Source: the human T2T-CHM13v2.0 reference genome, Homo sapiens
NCBI GenBank assembly: GCA_009914755.4
Contig: CP068257.2
Span: forward strand, 736,001 to 800,000
Length of the DNA stretch: 64,000 bases
Direction of reading: 5' to 3'
In this document: positions 13,611 to 27,423 of the stretch, piece after piece
Position numbering within the stretch: the first letter of the stretch is position 1
Layout of the letters: the number at the start of each line of letters is the position of its first letter
Position numbers and translations under genes: made by a program
The notes under the pieces: model-generated
Database searches by the model: none
Told to the model about the DNA's origin: nothing
What the model saw: only the letters and a program-made list of their open reading frames with translations

Positions 13611-15584
13611 TCTGCCTAAATTAACTTTGTGACATAACCCTGTACTGATCATCCAGGTGATGGGGCTTTTGTCTAGGCTCTGCCTAAGGGGGCATTGTGA
13701 CATATTTCTGCATTGATCACCCAGGTGGCAAACTCTTCTCTTGGATCTGCCTATGGGGGCATTGTGACAAATCTCTGCACTGATCACCCAGGTGATGTAA
13801 CTGTTGTGTAACCTCTGCCTACAGGGGAATTGTGAGAGATCTCACCACTGATCACCCAAGTGACGTAACCATTGTCTAGGCTTTGCGTACAGGGGGCTTT
13901 GTGACATACCTTTGCACTGATCACCCAGGTGATGTAACACATCTAAGTTCGGCCTAAAGGAGCTTTGTGACATACCTCTGCACTGATCACTTAGGTGATG
14001 GAACACTTTTATAAGCACTGCCTACAGGGAATTTTGACAAATCTCTGCACTGATCACCTAGGTGATGTAACGCTTGTCTACCCTCTGTCCAACGGGGCAT
14101 TGTGAAATATCTCTGCATTGATCACCCAGGTGATTCAACTCTTGACTAGGATCTGCCTACAGAGGTTATTGTGAAATATCTCTGCACTGATAAACTAGGT
14201 GGTGTAATCCTTATCGAAGCTCTGCCTACAGGGGCGTTTTCACATATCCCTGAAGTGATGACAAAGGTGATGTAACCCTTGCCTAGGCTTTGTCTACAGG
14301 GGACATAGAACATATATCTGCACTGATCACCCAGGTGATGCAACTCTAGCCTAGGCTTTGCCTACAGGGGACATTGTGACATATCGCTTCAATGATCACC
14401 CATGTGATGCAACTCTTGCCTAGGCTTTGCCTACAGGGGACATTGTGACATATCTCTGCACTGATCTCCCAGGTGCTGTAACATTAGTCTAGACTCTGGC
14501 TACACGGCATTGTGACATATCACTGCACTGATCAACCAGGTGATATAACACTTGTCTAAGCCCTGCCTACATGGGGCTTGTGACATATCTCTGCACTGAT
14601 CACCCAGGTGATATAACTCTTCTCTAGGATCTGCCTACAGGGTGCTTTGCGACATATCCCTGCAATGATCACCCAGGTGATCTAACTCTTGTTTAAGCTC
14701 TGCCTAAAGGGGCATTGTGACAGACCTCTGCACTGATCACTCAGGTGATGTAACTATTGTCTAGGCTCTGCTTAACGGGGCCTTGTCACATACCTCTGTA
14801 CTGATCACCCAGGTGATGTAACTCTTGTCTAGCCTCTGCTTTCACGGCATATTGTGACATATCTATGCGCTGATCACCTTAGTGATGTAACACTTGTGTA
14901 GGCTCGGCCTACAGGGGAATATTGACATATCTCTGCACTGTTAACCGAGGTGATTTAACTCTTGTCTAGGCTGTGCCCACAGGGGAATTGAGACATGTCT
15001 CTGCACTGATCCCGAGGTGATCCAACTGTTGCCTGGTCTCTGCCTACTGGGGACATTGTGACATATCTCTGCACTGATCTCCCAGGTGCTGTAACTTTAG
15101 TCTAGGCTCTGGCTACACGGCTTTGTGAGATATCACTGCACTGATCACCCAGGTGATATAAATCTTGTCTAGGCTCTGCCTACAATGGCCTTGTGACATA
15201 TCTCTGCACTGATCACCCAGGTGATATAACTCTTCTCTAGGATCTGACCACAGGGTGCTTTGTGGCATTTCCCTGCAATGATCACCCAGGTGAAATACCA
15301 CTTGCCAAGGCTCTGCCTACAGGGGCATTGCAATATATCTCTGCACTGATCACCTCGGTCTTGCAACTCTTTTCTAGGATGTGCCCACAGGGTGCCTTGT
15401 GACGTATCCCAGCAAGGATTACCCAGGTGATGTACCTCTCATCAAGGCTCTGCCTACAGGCACATTGCGATGTATCTCTGCACTGATCACCTAGGTCATG
15501 TAACTTTTGTCTGGGCTCTGCCTACGATGGCATTGTGACATATCTCTGCACTAATCATCCAAGTGATGTAACCCTTGTCTAGGA
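13611..15584. repeat. HOR copy U8, 29-mer (1974 bp), subtype F.
   Basis: Landmarks are at 13611 and 15585. It matches U3 at a 9731-bp offset. Confidence 0.8.
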
Positions 15585-17489
15585 TCTGCCTAAATTAACT
15601 TTGTGACATAACCCTGTACTGATCATCCAGGTGATGGGGCTTTTGTCTAGGCTCTGCCTAAGGGGGCATTGTGACATATTTCTGCATTGATCACCCAGGT
15701 GGCGAACTCTTCTCTTGGATCTGCCTATGGGGGCATTGTGACAAATCTCTGCACTGATAACCCAGGTGATGTAACGGTTGTGTAACCTCTGCCTACAGGG
15801 GAATTGTGAGAGATCTCGCCACTGATCACCCAAGTGATGAAACCATTGTCTAGGCTTTGCGTACAGGGGGCTTTGTGACATACCTTTGCACTGATCACCC
15901 AGGTGATGTAACACATCTAAGTTCGGCCTAAAGGAGCTTTGTGACATATCTCTGCACTGATCACTTAGGTGATGGAACACTTTTATAAGCACTGCCTACA
16001 GGGAATTTTGACAAATCTCTGCACTGATCACCTAGGTGATGTAACGCTTGTCTACCCTCTGTCCAACGGGGCATTGTGAAATATCTCTGCACTGATCACC
16101 CAGGTGATTCAACTCTTGACTAGGATCTGCCTACAGAGGTTATTGTGAAATATCTCTGCACTGATAAACTAGGTGGTGTAATCCTTATCGAAGCTCTGCC
16201 TACAGGGGCGTTTTCACATATCCCTGAAGTGATGACAAAGGTGATGTAACTCTTGCCTAGGCTTTGCCTACAGGGGACATAGGACATATATCTGCACTGA
16301 TTACCCAGGTGATGCAACTGTAGCCTAGGCTTTGCCTACAGGGGACATTGTGACATATCGCTTCAATGATCACCCATGTGATGCAACTCTTGCCTAGGCT
16401 TTGCCTACAGGGGACATTGTGACATATCTCAGCACTGATGTCCCAGGTGCTGTAACATTAGTCTAGACTCTGGCTACACGGCATTGTGACATATCACTGC
16501 ACTGATCAACCAGGTGATATAACTCTTGTCTAGGCTCTGCCTACAGGGGGCTTGTGACATATCCCTGCAATGATCATCCAGGTGATCTAACTCTTGTTTA
16601 AGCTCTGCCTAAAGGGGCATTCTGACAGATCTCTGCACTGATCACTCAGGTGATGTAACTATTGTCTAGGCTCTGCTTAAAGGGGCCTTGTCACATACCT
16701 CTGCACTGATCACCAAGGTGATGTAACTCTTGTCTAGCCTCTGCTTTCACGGCATATTGTGACATATCCATGCGCTGATCACCTTAGTGATGTAACACTT
16801 GTGTAGGCTCGGCCTTCAGGGGAATATTGACATATCTCTGCACTGTTAACCGAGGTGATTTAACTCTTGTCTAGGCTGTGCCCACAGGGGGATTGAGACA
16901 TGTCTCTGCACTGATCCCGAGGTAATCCAACTGTTGCCTGGTCTCTGCCTACTGGGGACATTGTGACATATCTCTGCACTGATCTCCCAGGTGCTGTAAC
17001 TTTAGTCTAGGCTCTGGCTACACGGCATTGTGACATATCACTGCACTGATCACCCAGGTGATATAAATCTTGTCTAGGCTCTGCCTACAATGGCCTTGTG
17101 ACATATCACTGCACTGATCACCCAGGTGATATAACTCTTCTCGAGGATCTGACCACAGGGTGCTTTGTGGCATTTCCCTGCAATGATCACCCAGGTGATA
17201 TACCACTTGCCAAGGCTCTGCCTACAGGGGCATTGCAATGTATCTCTGCACTGATCACCTCGTTCTTGTAACTCTTTTCTAGGATCTGCCCACAGGGTGC
17301 CTTGTGACGTATCCCAGCAAGGATTACCCAGGTGATGTACCTCTCATCAAGGCTCTGCCTACAGGCACATTGCGATGTATCTCTACACTGATCACCTAGG
17401 TCATGTAACTTTTGTCTAGGCTCTGCCTACGATGGCATTGTGACATATCTCTGCACTAATCATCCAAGTGATGTAACCCTTGTCTAGGA
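15585..17489. repeat. HOR copy U9, 28-mer, deletion type A (1905 bp).
   Basis: Landmarks are at 15585 and 17490. It carries the same deletion as U1 and U4. Confidence 0.8.
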
Positions 17490-19462
17490 TCTGCCTAAAT
17501 TAACTTTGTGACATAACCCTGTACTGATCATCCAGGTGATGGGGCTTTTGTCTAGGCTCTACCTTAAGGGGGCATTGTGACATATTTCTGCATTGATCAC
17601 CCAGGTGGCGAACTCTTCTCTTGGATCTGCCTATGGGGGCATTGTGACAAATCTCTGCACTCATCACCCAGGTGATGTAACTGTTGTGTAACCTCTGCCT
17701 ACAGGGGAATTGGGAGAGATCTCGCCACTGATCACCCAAGTGATGTAACCATTGTCTAGGCTTTGCGTACAGGGGCTTTGTGACATACCTTTGCACTGAT
17801 CACCCAGGTGATGTAACACATCTAAATTCGACCTAAAGGAGCTTTGTGACATATCTCTGCACTGATCACTTAGGTGATGGAACACTTTTATAAGCACTGC
17901 CTACAGGGAATTTTGACAAATCTCTGCACTGATCACCTAGGTGATGTAACTCTTGTCTACCCTCTGTCCAACGGGGCATTGTGAAATATCTCTGCACTGA
18001 TCACCCAGGTGATTCAACTCTTGACTAGTATCTGCCTACAGAGGTTATTGTGAAATATCTCTGCACTGATAAACTAGGTGGTGTAATCCTTATCGAAGCT
18101 CTGCCTACAGGGGCGTTTTCACATATCCCTGAAGTGATGACAAAGGTGATGTAACCCTTGCCTAGGCTTTGCCTACAGGGGATATAAGACATATATCTGC
18201 ACTGATCACCCAGGTGATGCAACTCTAGCCTAGGCTTTGCCTACAGGGGACATTGTGACATATCGCTTCAATGATCACCCATGTGATGCAACAATTGCCT
18301 AGGCTTTGCCTACAGGGGACATTGTGACATAAATCTGCACTGATCTCCCAGGTGCTGTAACATTAGTCTAGACTCTGGCTACACGGCATTGTGACATGTC
18401 ACTGCACTGATCAACCAGGTGATATAACTCTTGTCTAGGCCCTGCCTACAGGGGGCTTGTGACATATCTCTGCACTGATCACCCAGGTGATATAACTCTT
18501 CTCTAGGATCTGCCTACAGGGTGCTTTGCGACATATCCCTGCAATGATCACCCAGGTGATCTAACTCTTGTTTAAGCTCTGCCTAAAGGGGCATTGTGAC
18601 AGACCTCTGCACTGATCACTCAGGTGATGTAACTATTGTCTAGGCTCTGCTTAAAGGGGCCTTGTCACATACCTCTGCACTGATCACCCAGGTGATGTAA
18701 CTCTTGTCTAGACTCTGTTTCACGGCATATTGTGACATATCTATGCGCTGATCACCTTAGTGATGTAACACTTGTGTAGGCTCGGCCTACAGGGGAATAT
18801 TGACATATCTCTGCACTGTTAACCGAGGTGATTTAACTCTTGTCTAGGCTGTGCCCACAGGGGGATTGAGACATGTCTCTGCACTGATCCCGAGGTGATC
18901 CAACTGTTGCCTGGTCTCTGCCTACTGGGGACATTGTGACATATCTCTGCACTGATCTCCCAGGTGCTGTAACTTTAGTCTAGGCTCTGGCTACACGGCA
19001 TTGTGACATATCACTGCACTGATCACCCAGGTGATATAAATCTTGTCTAGGCTCTACCTACAATGGCCTTGTGACATATCTCTGCACTGATCACCCAGGT
19101 GATATAACTCTTCTCTAGGATCTGACCACAGGGTGCTTTGTGGCATTTCCCTGCAATGATCACCCAGGTGATATACCACTTGCCAAGGCTCTGCCTACAG
19201 GGGCATTGCAATGTATCTCTGCACTGATCACCTCGGTCTTGTAACTCTTTTCTAGGATCTGCCCACAGGGTGCCTTGTGACGTATCCCAGCAAGGATTAC
19301 CCAGGTGATGTACCTCTCATCAAGGCTCTGCCTACAGGCACATTGCGATGTATCTCTGCTCTGATCACCTAAGTCATGTAACTTTTGTCTAGGCTCTGCC
19401 TACGATGGCATTGTGACAAATCTCTGCACTAATCATCCAAGTGATGTAACCCTTGTCTAGGA
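17490..19462. repeat. HOR copy U10, 29-mer (1973 bp), subtype K.
   Basis: Landmarks are at 17490 and 19463. It matches U2. Confidence 0.8.
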
Positions 19463-21367
19463 TCTGCCTAAAGTAACTTTGTGACATAACCCTGTACTGA
19501 TCATCCAGGTGATGCGGCTTTTGTCTAGGCTCTGCCTAAGGGGGCATTGTGACATATTTCTGCATTGATCACCCAGGTGGCGAACTCTTCTCTTGGATCT
19601 GCCTATGGGGGCATTGTGACAAATCTCTGCACTGATCACCCAGGTGATGTAACTGTTGTGTAACCTCTGCCTACAGGGGAATTGTGTGAGATCTCGCCAC
19701 TGATCACCCAAGTGATGTAACCATTGTCTAGGCTTTGCGTACAGGGGGCTTTGTGACATACCTTTGCACTGATCACCCAGGTGATGTAACACATCTAAGT
19801 TCGGCCTAAAGGAGCTTTGTGACATATCTCTGCACTGATCACTTAGGTGATGGAACACTTTTATAAGCACTGCCTACAGGGAATTTTGACAAATCTCTGC
19901 ACTGATCACCTAGGTGATGTAACGCTTGTCTACCCTCTGTCCAACGGGGCATTGTGAAATATCTCTGCACTGATCACCCAGGTGATTCAACTCTTGACTA
20001 GGATCTGCCTACAGAGGTTATTGTGAAATATCTCTGCACTGATAAACTAGGTGGTGTAATCCTTATCGAAGCTCTGCCTGCAGGGGCGTTTTCACATATC
20101 CCTGAATTGATGACAAAGGTGATGTAACCCTTGCCTAGGCTTTGCCTACAGGGGACATAGGACATATATCTGCACTGATCACCCAGGTGATGCAACTCTA
20201 GCCTAGGCTTTGCCTACAGGGGACATTGTGACATATCTCTGCACTGATCTCCCAGGTGCTGTAACATTAGTCTAGACTCTGGCTACACGGCATTGTGACA
20301 TATCACTGCACTGATCAACCAGGTGATATAACTCTTGTCTAGGCCCTGACTACAGGGGGCTTGTGACATATCTCTGCACTGATCACCCAGGTGATATAAC
20401 TCTTCTCTAGGGTCTGCCTACAGGGTGCTTTGCGACGTATCCCTGCAATGATCACCCAGGTGATCTAACTCTTGTTTAAGCTCTGCCTAAAGGGGCATTG
20501 TGACAGACCTCTGCACTGATCACTCAGGTGATGTAACTATTGTCTAGGCTCTGCTTAAAGGGGCCTTGTCACATACCTCTGCACTGATCACCCAGGTGAT
20601 GTAACTCTTGTCTAGACTCTGCTTTCACGGCATATTGTGACATATCTATGCGCTGATCACCTTAGTGATGTAACACTTCTGTAGGCTCGGCCTACAGGGG
20701 AATATTGACATATCTCTGCACTGTTAACCGAGGTGATTTAACTCTTGTCTAGGCTGTGCCCACAGGGGGTTTGAGACATGTCTCTGCACTGATCCCGAGG
20801 TGATCCAACTGTTGCCTGGTCTCTGCCTACTGGGGACATTGTGACATATCTCCGCACTGATCTCCCAGGTGCTGTAATTTTAGTCTAGGCTCTGGCTACA
20901 CGGCATTGTGACATATCACTGCACTGATCACCCAGGTGATATAAATCTTGTCTAGGCTCTGCCTACAATGACCTTGTGACATATCTCTGCACTGATCACC
21001 CAGGTGATATAACTCTTCTCTAGGATCTGACCACAGGGTGCTTTGTGGCATTTCCCTGCAATGATCACCGAGGTGATATACCACTTGTCAGGGCTCTGCC
21101 TACAGGGGCATTGCAACGTATCTCTGCACTGATCACCACGGTCTTGTAACTCTTTTCTAGGATCTGCCCACAGGGTGCCTTGTGACGTATCCCAGCAAGG
21201 ATTACCCAGGTGATGTACCTCTCATCAAGGCTCTGCCTACAGGCACATTGCGATGTATCTCTGCACTGATCACCTAGGTCATGTAACTTTTGTCTAGGCT
21301 CTGCCTACGATGGCATTGTGACATATCTCTGCACTAATCATCCAAGTGATGTAACCCTTGTCTAGGA
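19463..21367. repeat. HOR copy U11, 28-mer, deletion type B (1905 bp).
   Basis: Landmarks are at 19463 and 21368. Confidence 0.8.
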
Positions 21368-23476
21368 TCTGCCTAAATTAACTTTGTGACGTAACCCTGT
21401 ACTGATCATCCAGGTGATGGGGCTTTTGTCTAGGCTCTGCCTAAGGGGGCATTGTGACTTATTTCTGCATTGATCACCCAGGTGGCGAACTCTTCTCTTG
21501 GATCTGCCTATGGGGGCATTGTGACAAATCTCTGCACTGATCACCCAGGTGATGTAACTGTTGTGTAACCTCTGCCTACAGGGGAATTGTGAGAGATCTC
21601 GCCACTGATCACCCAAGTGACGTAACCATTGTCTAGGCTTTGCGTACAGGGGGCTTTGTGACATACCTTTGCACTGATCACCCAGGTGATGTAACACATC
21701 TAAGTTCGGCCTAAAGGAGCTTTGTGACATATCTCTGCACTGATCACCTAGGTGATGGAACACTTTTATAAGCACTGCCTACAGGGAATTTTGACAAATC
21801 TCTGCACTGATCACCTAGGTGATGTAACTCTTGTCTACCCTCTGTCCAACGGGGCATTGTGAAATATCTCTGCACTGATCACCCAGGTGATTCAACTCTT
21901 GACTAGGATCTGCCTACAGAGGTTATTGTGAAATATCTCTGCACTGATAAACTAGGTGGTGTAATCCTTATCGAAGCTCTGCCTACAGGGGCGTTTTCAC
22001 ATATCCCTGAAGTGATGACAAAGGTGATGTAACTCTTGCCTAGGCTTTGCCTACAGGGGACATAGGACATATATCTGCGCTGATCACCCAGGTGATGCAA
22101 CTCTAGCCTAGGCTTTGCCTACAGGGGACATTGTGACATATCGCTTCAATGATCACCCATGTGATGCAACTCTTGCCTTGGCTTTGCCTACAGGGGACAT
22201 TGTGACATATCTCTGCACTGATCTCCCATGTGCTGTAACATTAGTCTAGACTCTGGCTACACGGCATTGTGACATATCACTGCACTAATCAACCAGGTGA
22301 TATAACTCTTGTCTAGGCCCTGCCTACAGGGGGCTTGTGACATATCTCTGCACTGATCACCCAGGTGATATAACTCTTCTCTAGGGTCTGCCTACAGGGT
22401 GCTTTGCGACATATCCCTGCAATGATCACCCAGGTGATCTAACTCTTGTTTAAGCTCTGCCTAAAGGGGCATTGTGACAGATCTCTGCACTGATCACTCA
22501 GGTGATGTAACTATTGTCTAGGCTCTGCTTAAAGGGGCCTTGTCACATACCTCTGCACTGATCACCCAGGTGATGTAACTCTTGTCTAGCCTCTGCTTTC
22601 ACGGCATATTGTGACATATCTATGCGCTGATCACCTTAGTGATGTAACACTTGTGTAGGCTCGGCCTACAGGGGAATATTGACATATCTCTGCACTGTTA
22701 ACCGAGGTGATTTAACTCTTGTCTAGGCTGTGCCCACAGGGGGATTGAGACATGTCTCTGCCATGATCCCGAGGTGATCCAACTGTTGCCTGGTCTCTGC
22801 CTACTGGGGACATTGTGACATATCTCTGCACTGATCTCCCAGGTGCTGTAATTTTAGTCTAGGCTCTGGCTACACGGCATTGTGACATATCACTGCACTG
22901 ATCACCCAGGTTATATAAATCTTGTCTAGGCTCTGCCTACAATGGCCTTGTGACATATCTCTGCACTGATCTCCCAGGTGCTGTAACTTTAGTCTAGGCT
23001 CTGGCTACACGGCATTGTGACATACCACTGCACTGATCACCCAGGTGATATAAATCTTGTCTAGGCTCTGCCTACAATGGCCTTGTGACATATCTCTGCA
23101 CTGATCACCCAGGTGATATAACTCTTCTCTAGGATCTGACCACAGGGTGCTTTGTGGCATTTCCCTGCAATGATCACCCAGGTGATATACCACTTGCCAA
23201 GGCTCTGCCTACAGGGGCATTGCAATGTATCTCTGCACTGATCACCTCGGTCTTGTAACTCTTTTCTAGGATCTGCCCACAGGGTGCCTTGTGACGTATC
23301 CCAGCAAGGATTACCCAGGTGATGTACCTCTCATCAAGGCTCTGCCTACAGGCACATTGCGATGTATCTCTGCACTGATCACCTAGGTCATGTAACTTTT
23401 GTCTGGGCTCTGCCTACGATGGCATTGTGACATATCTCTGCACTAATCATCCAAGTGATGTAACCCTTGTCTAGGA
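21368..23476. repeat. HOR copy U12, 31-mer (2109 bp), subtype R with a 2-monomer insertion.
   Basis: Landmarks are at 21368 and 23477. A 136-bp two-monomer block is duplicated in tandem at ~22830-23105. Confidence 0.8.
22830..23105. repeat. Tandem duplication of a 136-bp two-monomer segment. It converts the 29-mer into the 31-mer in U12. The identical event is in U17 at ~32763-33038.
   Basis: The segment ctcccaggtgctgtaa.tttagtctaggctctggctacacggcattgtgacata.cactgcactgatcacccagg.tatataaatcttgtctaggctctgcctacaatggccttgtgacatatctctgcactgat is present twice in a row. Confidence 0.8.
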
Positions 23477-25450
23477 TCTGCCTAAATTAACTTTGTGACA
23501 TAACCCTGTACTGATCATCCAGGTGATGGGGCTTTTGTCTAGGCTCTGCCTAAGGGGGCATTGTGACATATTTCTGCATTGATCACGCAGGTGGCGAACT
23601 CTTCTCTTGGATCTGCCTATGGGGGCATTGTGATAAATCTCTGCACTCATCACCCAGGTGATGTAACTGTTGTGTAACCTCTGCCTACAGGGGAATTGTG
23701 AGAGATCTCGCCACTGATCACGCAAGTGATGTAACCATTGTCTAGGCTTTGCGTACAGGGGGCTTTGTGACATACCTTTGCACTGATCACCCAGGTGATG
23801 TAACACATCTAAGTTCGGCCTAAAGGAGCTTTGTGACATATCTCTGCACTGATCACTTAGGTGATGGAACACTTTTATAAGCACTGCCTACAGGGAATTT
23901 TGACAAATCTCTGCACTGATCACCTAGGTGATGTAACGCTTGTCTACCCTCTGTCCAACGGGGCATTGTGAAATATCTCTGCACTGATCACCCAGGTGAT
24001 TCAACTCTTGACTAGGATCTGCCTACAGAGGTTATTGTGAAATATCTCTGCACTGATAAACTAGGTGGTGTAATACTTATCGAAGCTCTGCCTACAGGTG
24101 CGTTTTCACATATCCCTGAAGTGATGACAAAGGTGATGTAACCCTTGCCTAGGCTTTGCCTACAGGGGACATAGGACATATATCTGCACTGATCACCCAG
24201 GTGATGCAACTCTATCCTAGGCTTTGCCTACAGGGGACATTGTGACATATCGCTTCAATGATCACCCATGTGATGCAACACTTGCCTAGGCTTTGCCTAC
24301 AGGGGACATTGTGACATATCTCTGCACTGATCTCCCAGGTGCTGCAACATTAATCTAGAGTCTGGCTACACGGCATTGTGACATATCACTGCACTGATCA
24401 ACCAGGTGATATAACTCTTGTCTAGGTCCTGCCTACAGAGGGCTTGTGACATATCTCTGCACTGATCACCCAGGTGATATAACTCTTCTCTAGGATCTGC
24501 CTACAGGGTGCTTTGCGACATATCCCTGCAATGATAACCCAGGTGATCTAACTCTTGTTTAAGCTCTGCCTAAAGGGGCATTGTGACAGACCTGTGCACT
24601 GATCACTAAGGTGATGTAACTATTGTCTAGGCTCTGCTTAAAGGGGCCTTGTCACATACCTCTGCACTGATAACCCAGGTGATGTAACTCTTGTCTAGCC
24701 TCTGCTTTCACGGCATATTGTAACATATCCATTCGCAGATCACCTTAGTGATGTAACAGTTGTGTAGGCTCGGCCTACAGGGGAATATTGACATATCTCT
24801 GCACTGTTAACCGAGGTGATTTAACTCTTGTCTAGGCTGTGCCCACAGGGGGATTGAGACATGTCTCTGCACTGATCCCGAGGTGATCCAACTGTTGCCT
24901 GGTCTCTGCCTACTGGGGACATTGTGACATATCTCTGCACTGATCTCCCAGGTGCTGTAACTTTAGTCTAGGCTCTGGCTACACGGCATTGTGACATATC
25001 ACTGCACTGATCACCCAGGTGATATAAATCTTGTCTAGGCTCTGCCTACAATGGCCTTGTGACATATCTCTGCACTGATCACCCAGGTGATATAACTCTT
25101 CTCTAGGATCTGACCACAGGGTGCTTTGTGGCATTTCCCTGCAATGATCACCCAGGTGATATACCACTTGCCAAGGCTCTGCCTACAGGGGCATTGCAAT
25201 GTATCTCTGCACTGATCACCTCGGTCTTGTAACTCTTTTCTAGGACCTGCCCACCGGGTGCCTTGTGACGTATCCCAGCAAGGATTACCCAGGTGATGTA
25301 CCTCTCATCAAGGCTCTGCCTACAGGCACATTGCGATGTATCTCTGCACTGATCACCTAGGTCATGTAACTTTTGTCTAGGCTCTGCCTACGATGGCATT
25401 GTGACATATCTCTGCACTAATCATCCAAGTGATGTAACCGTTGTCTAGGA
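23477..25450. repeat. HOR copy U13, 29-mer (1974 bp), subtype Y.
   Basis: Landmarks are at 23477 and 25451. Confidence 0.8.
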
Positions 25451-27423
25451 TCTGCCTAAATTAACTTTGTGACATAACCCTGTACTGATCATCCAGGTGA
25501 TGGGGCTTTTGTCTAGGCTCTGCCTAAGGGGGCATTGTGACATATTTCTGCATTGATCACCCAGGTGGCGAACTCTTCTCTTGGATCTGCCTATGGGGGC
25601 ATTGTGACAAATCTCTGCACTGATCACCCAGGTGATATAACTGTTGTGTAACCTCTGCCTACAGGGGAATTGTGAGAGATCTCGCCACTGATCACCCAAG
25701 TGATGTAACCATTGTCTAGGCTTTGCGTACAGGGGGCTTTGTGACATACCTTTGCACTGATCACCCAGGTGATGTAACACATCTAAGTTCGGCCTAAAGG
25801 AGCTTTGTGACATATCTCTGCACTGATCACTTAGGTGATGGAACACTTTTATAAGCACTGCCTACAGGGAATTTTGACAAATCTCTGCACTGATCACCTA
25901 GGTGATGTAATGCTTGTCTACCCTCTGTCCAACGGGGCATTGTGAAATATCTCTGCACTGATCACCCAGGTGATTCAACTCTTGACTAGGATCTGCCTAC
26001 AGAGGTTATTGTGAAATATCTCTGCACTGATAAACTAGGTGGTGTAATCCTTATCGAAGCTCTGCCTACAGGTGCGTTTTCACATATCCCTGAAGTGATG
26101 ACAAAGGTGATGTAACCCTTGCCTAGGCTTTGCCTACAGGGGACATAGGACATATATCTGCACTGATCACCCAGGTGATGCAACTGTAGCCTAGGCTTTG
26201 CCTACAGGGGACATTGTGACATATCGCTTCAATGATCACCCGTGTGATGCAACTCTTGCCTAGGCTTTGCCTACAGGGGACATTGTGACATATCTCTGCA
26301 CTGATCTCCCAGGTGCTGTAACATTAGTCCAGACTCTGGCTACACGGCATTGTGACATATCACTGCACTGATCAACCAGGTGATATAACTCTTGTCTAGG
26401 CCCTGCCTACAGGGGGCTTGTGACATATCTCTGCACTGATCACCCAGGTGATATAACTCTTCTCTAGGATCTGCCTACAGGGTGCTTTGCGACATATCCC
26501 TGCAATGATCACCCAGGTGATCTAACTCTTGTTTAAGCTCTGCCTAAAGGGGCATTGTGACAGACCTCTGCACTGATCACTCAGGTGATGTAACTATTGT
26601 CTAGGCTCTGCTTAAAGGGGCCTTGTCACATACCTCTGCACTGATCACCCAGGTGATGTAACTCTTGTCTAGACTCTGTTTCACGGCATATTGTGACATA
26701 TCTATGCGCTGATCACCTTAGTGATGTAACACTTGTGTAGGCTCGGCCTACAGGGGAATATTGACATATCTCTGCACTGTTAACCGAGGTGATTTAACTC
26801 TTGTCTAGGCTGTGCCCACAGGGTGATTGAGACATGTCTCTGCACTGATCCCGAGGTGATCCAACTGTTGCCTGGTCTCTGCCTACTGGGGACATTGTGA
26901 CATATCTCTGCACTGATCTCCCAGGTGCTGTAACTTTAGTCTAGGCTCTGGCTACACGGCATTGTGACATATCACTGCACTGATCACCCAGGTGATATAA
27001 ATCTTGTCTAGGCTCTGCCTACAATGGCCTTGTGACATATCTCTGCACTGATCACCCAGGTGATATAACTCTTCTCTAGGATCTGACCACAGGGTGCTTT
27101 GTGGCATTTCCCTGCAATGATCACCCAGGTGATATACCACTTGCCAAGGCTCTGCCTACAGGGGCATTGCAATGTATCTCTGCACTGATCACCTCGGTCT
27201 TGTAACTCTTTTCTAGGATCTGCCCACAGGGTGCCTTGTGACGTATCCCAGCAAGGATTACCCAGGTGATGTACCTCTCATCAAGGCTCTGCCTACAGGC
27301 ACATTGCGATGTATCTCTGCTCTGATCACCTAAGTCATGTAACTTTTGTCTAGGCTCTGCCTACGATGGCATTGTGACAAATCTCTGCACTAATCATCCA
27401 AGTGATGTAACCCTTGTCTAGGA
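25451..27423. repeat. HOR copy U14, 29-mer (1973 bp), subtype S.
   Basis: Landmarks are at 25451 and 27424. Confidence 0.8.

Larger units (their letters stand above)
17600..27400. repeat. Super-repeat copy 1: a 5-HOR block in the order K, B28, R31, Y, S. It is tandemly duplicated at a +9933-bp offset.
   Basis: Artefact ORFs and private variants at 17664, 18025, 19457, 19998, 20896, 21362, 21903, 23005, 23471, 24012, 24979, 25445, 25986 and 26952 recur at exactly +9933 bp. This includes the 31-mer insertion. Confidence 0.85.

Noticed and set aside
19040-19050. Single-base private variants as possible functional sites, for example ctctaccta at ~19046 and tctgctatgg at 51176.
   Set aside because: They are scattered and not conserved between copies. 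They are ordinary neutral mutations, useful only as markers of copy identity.
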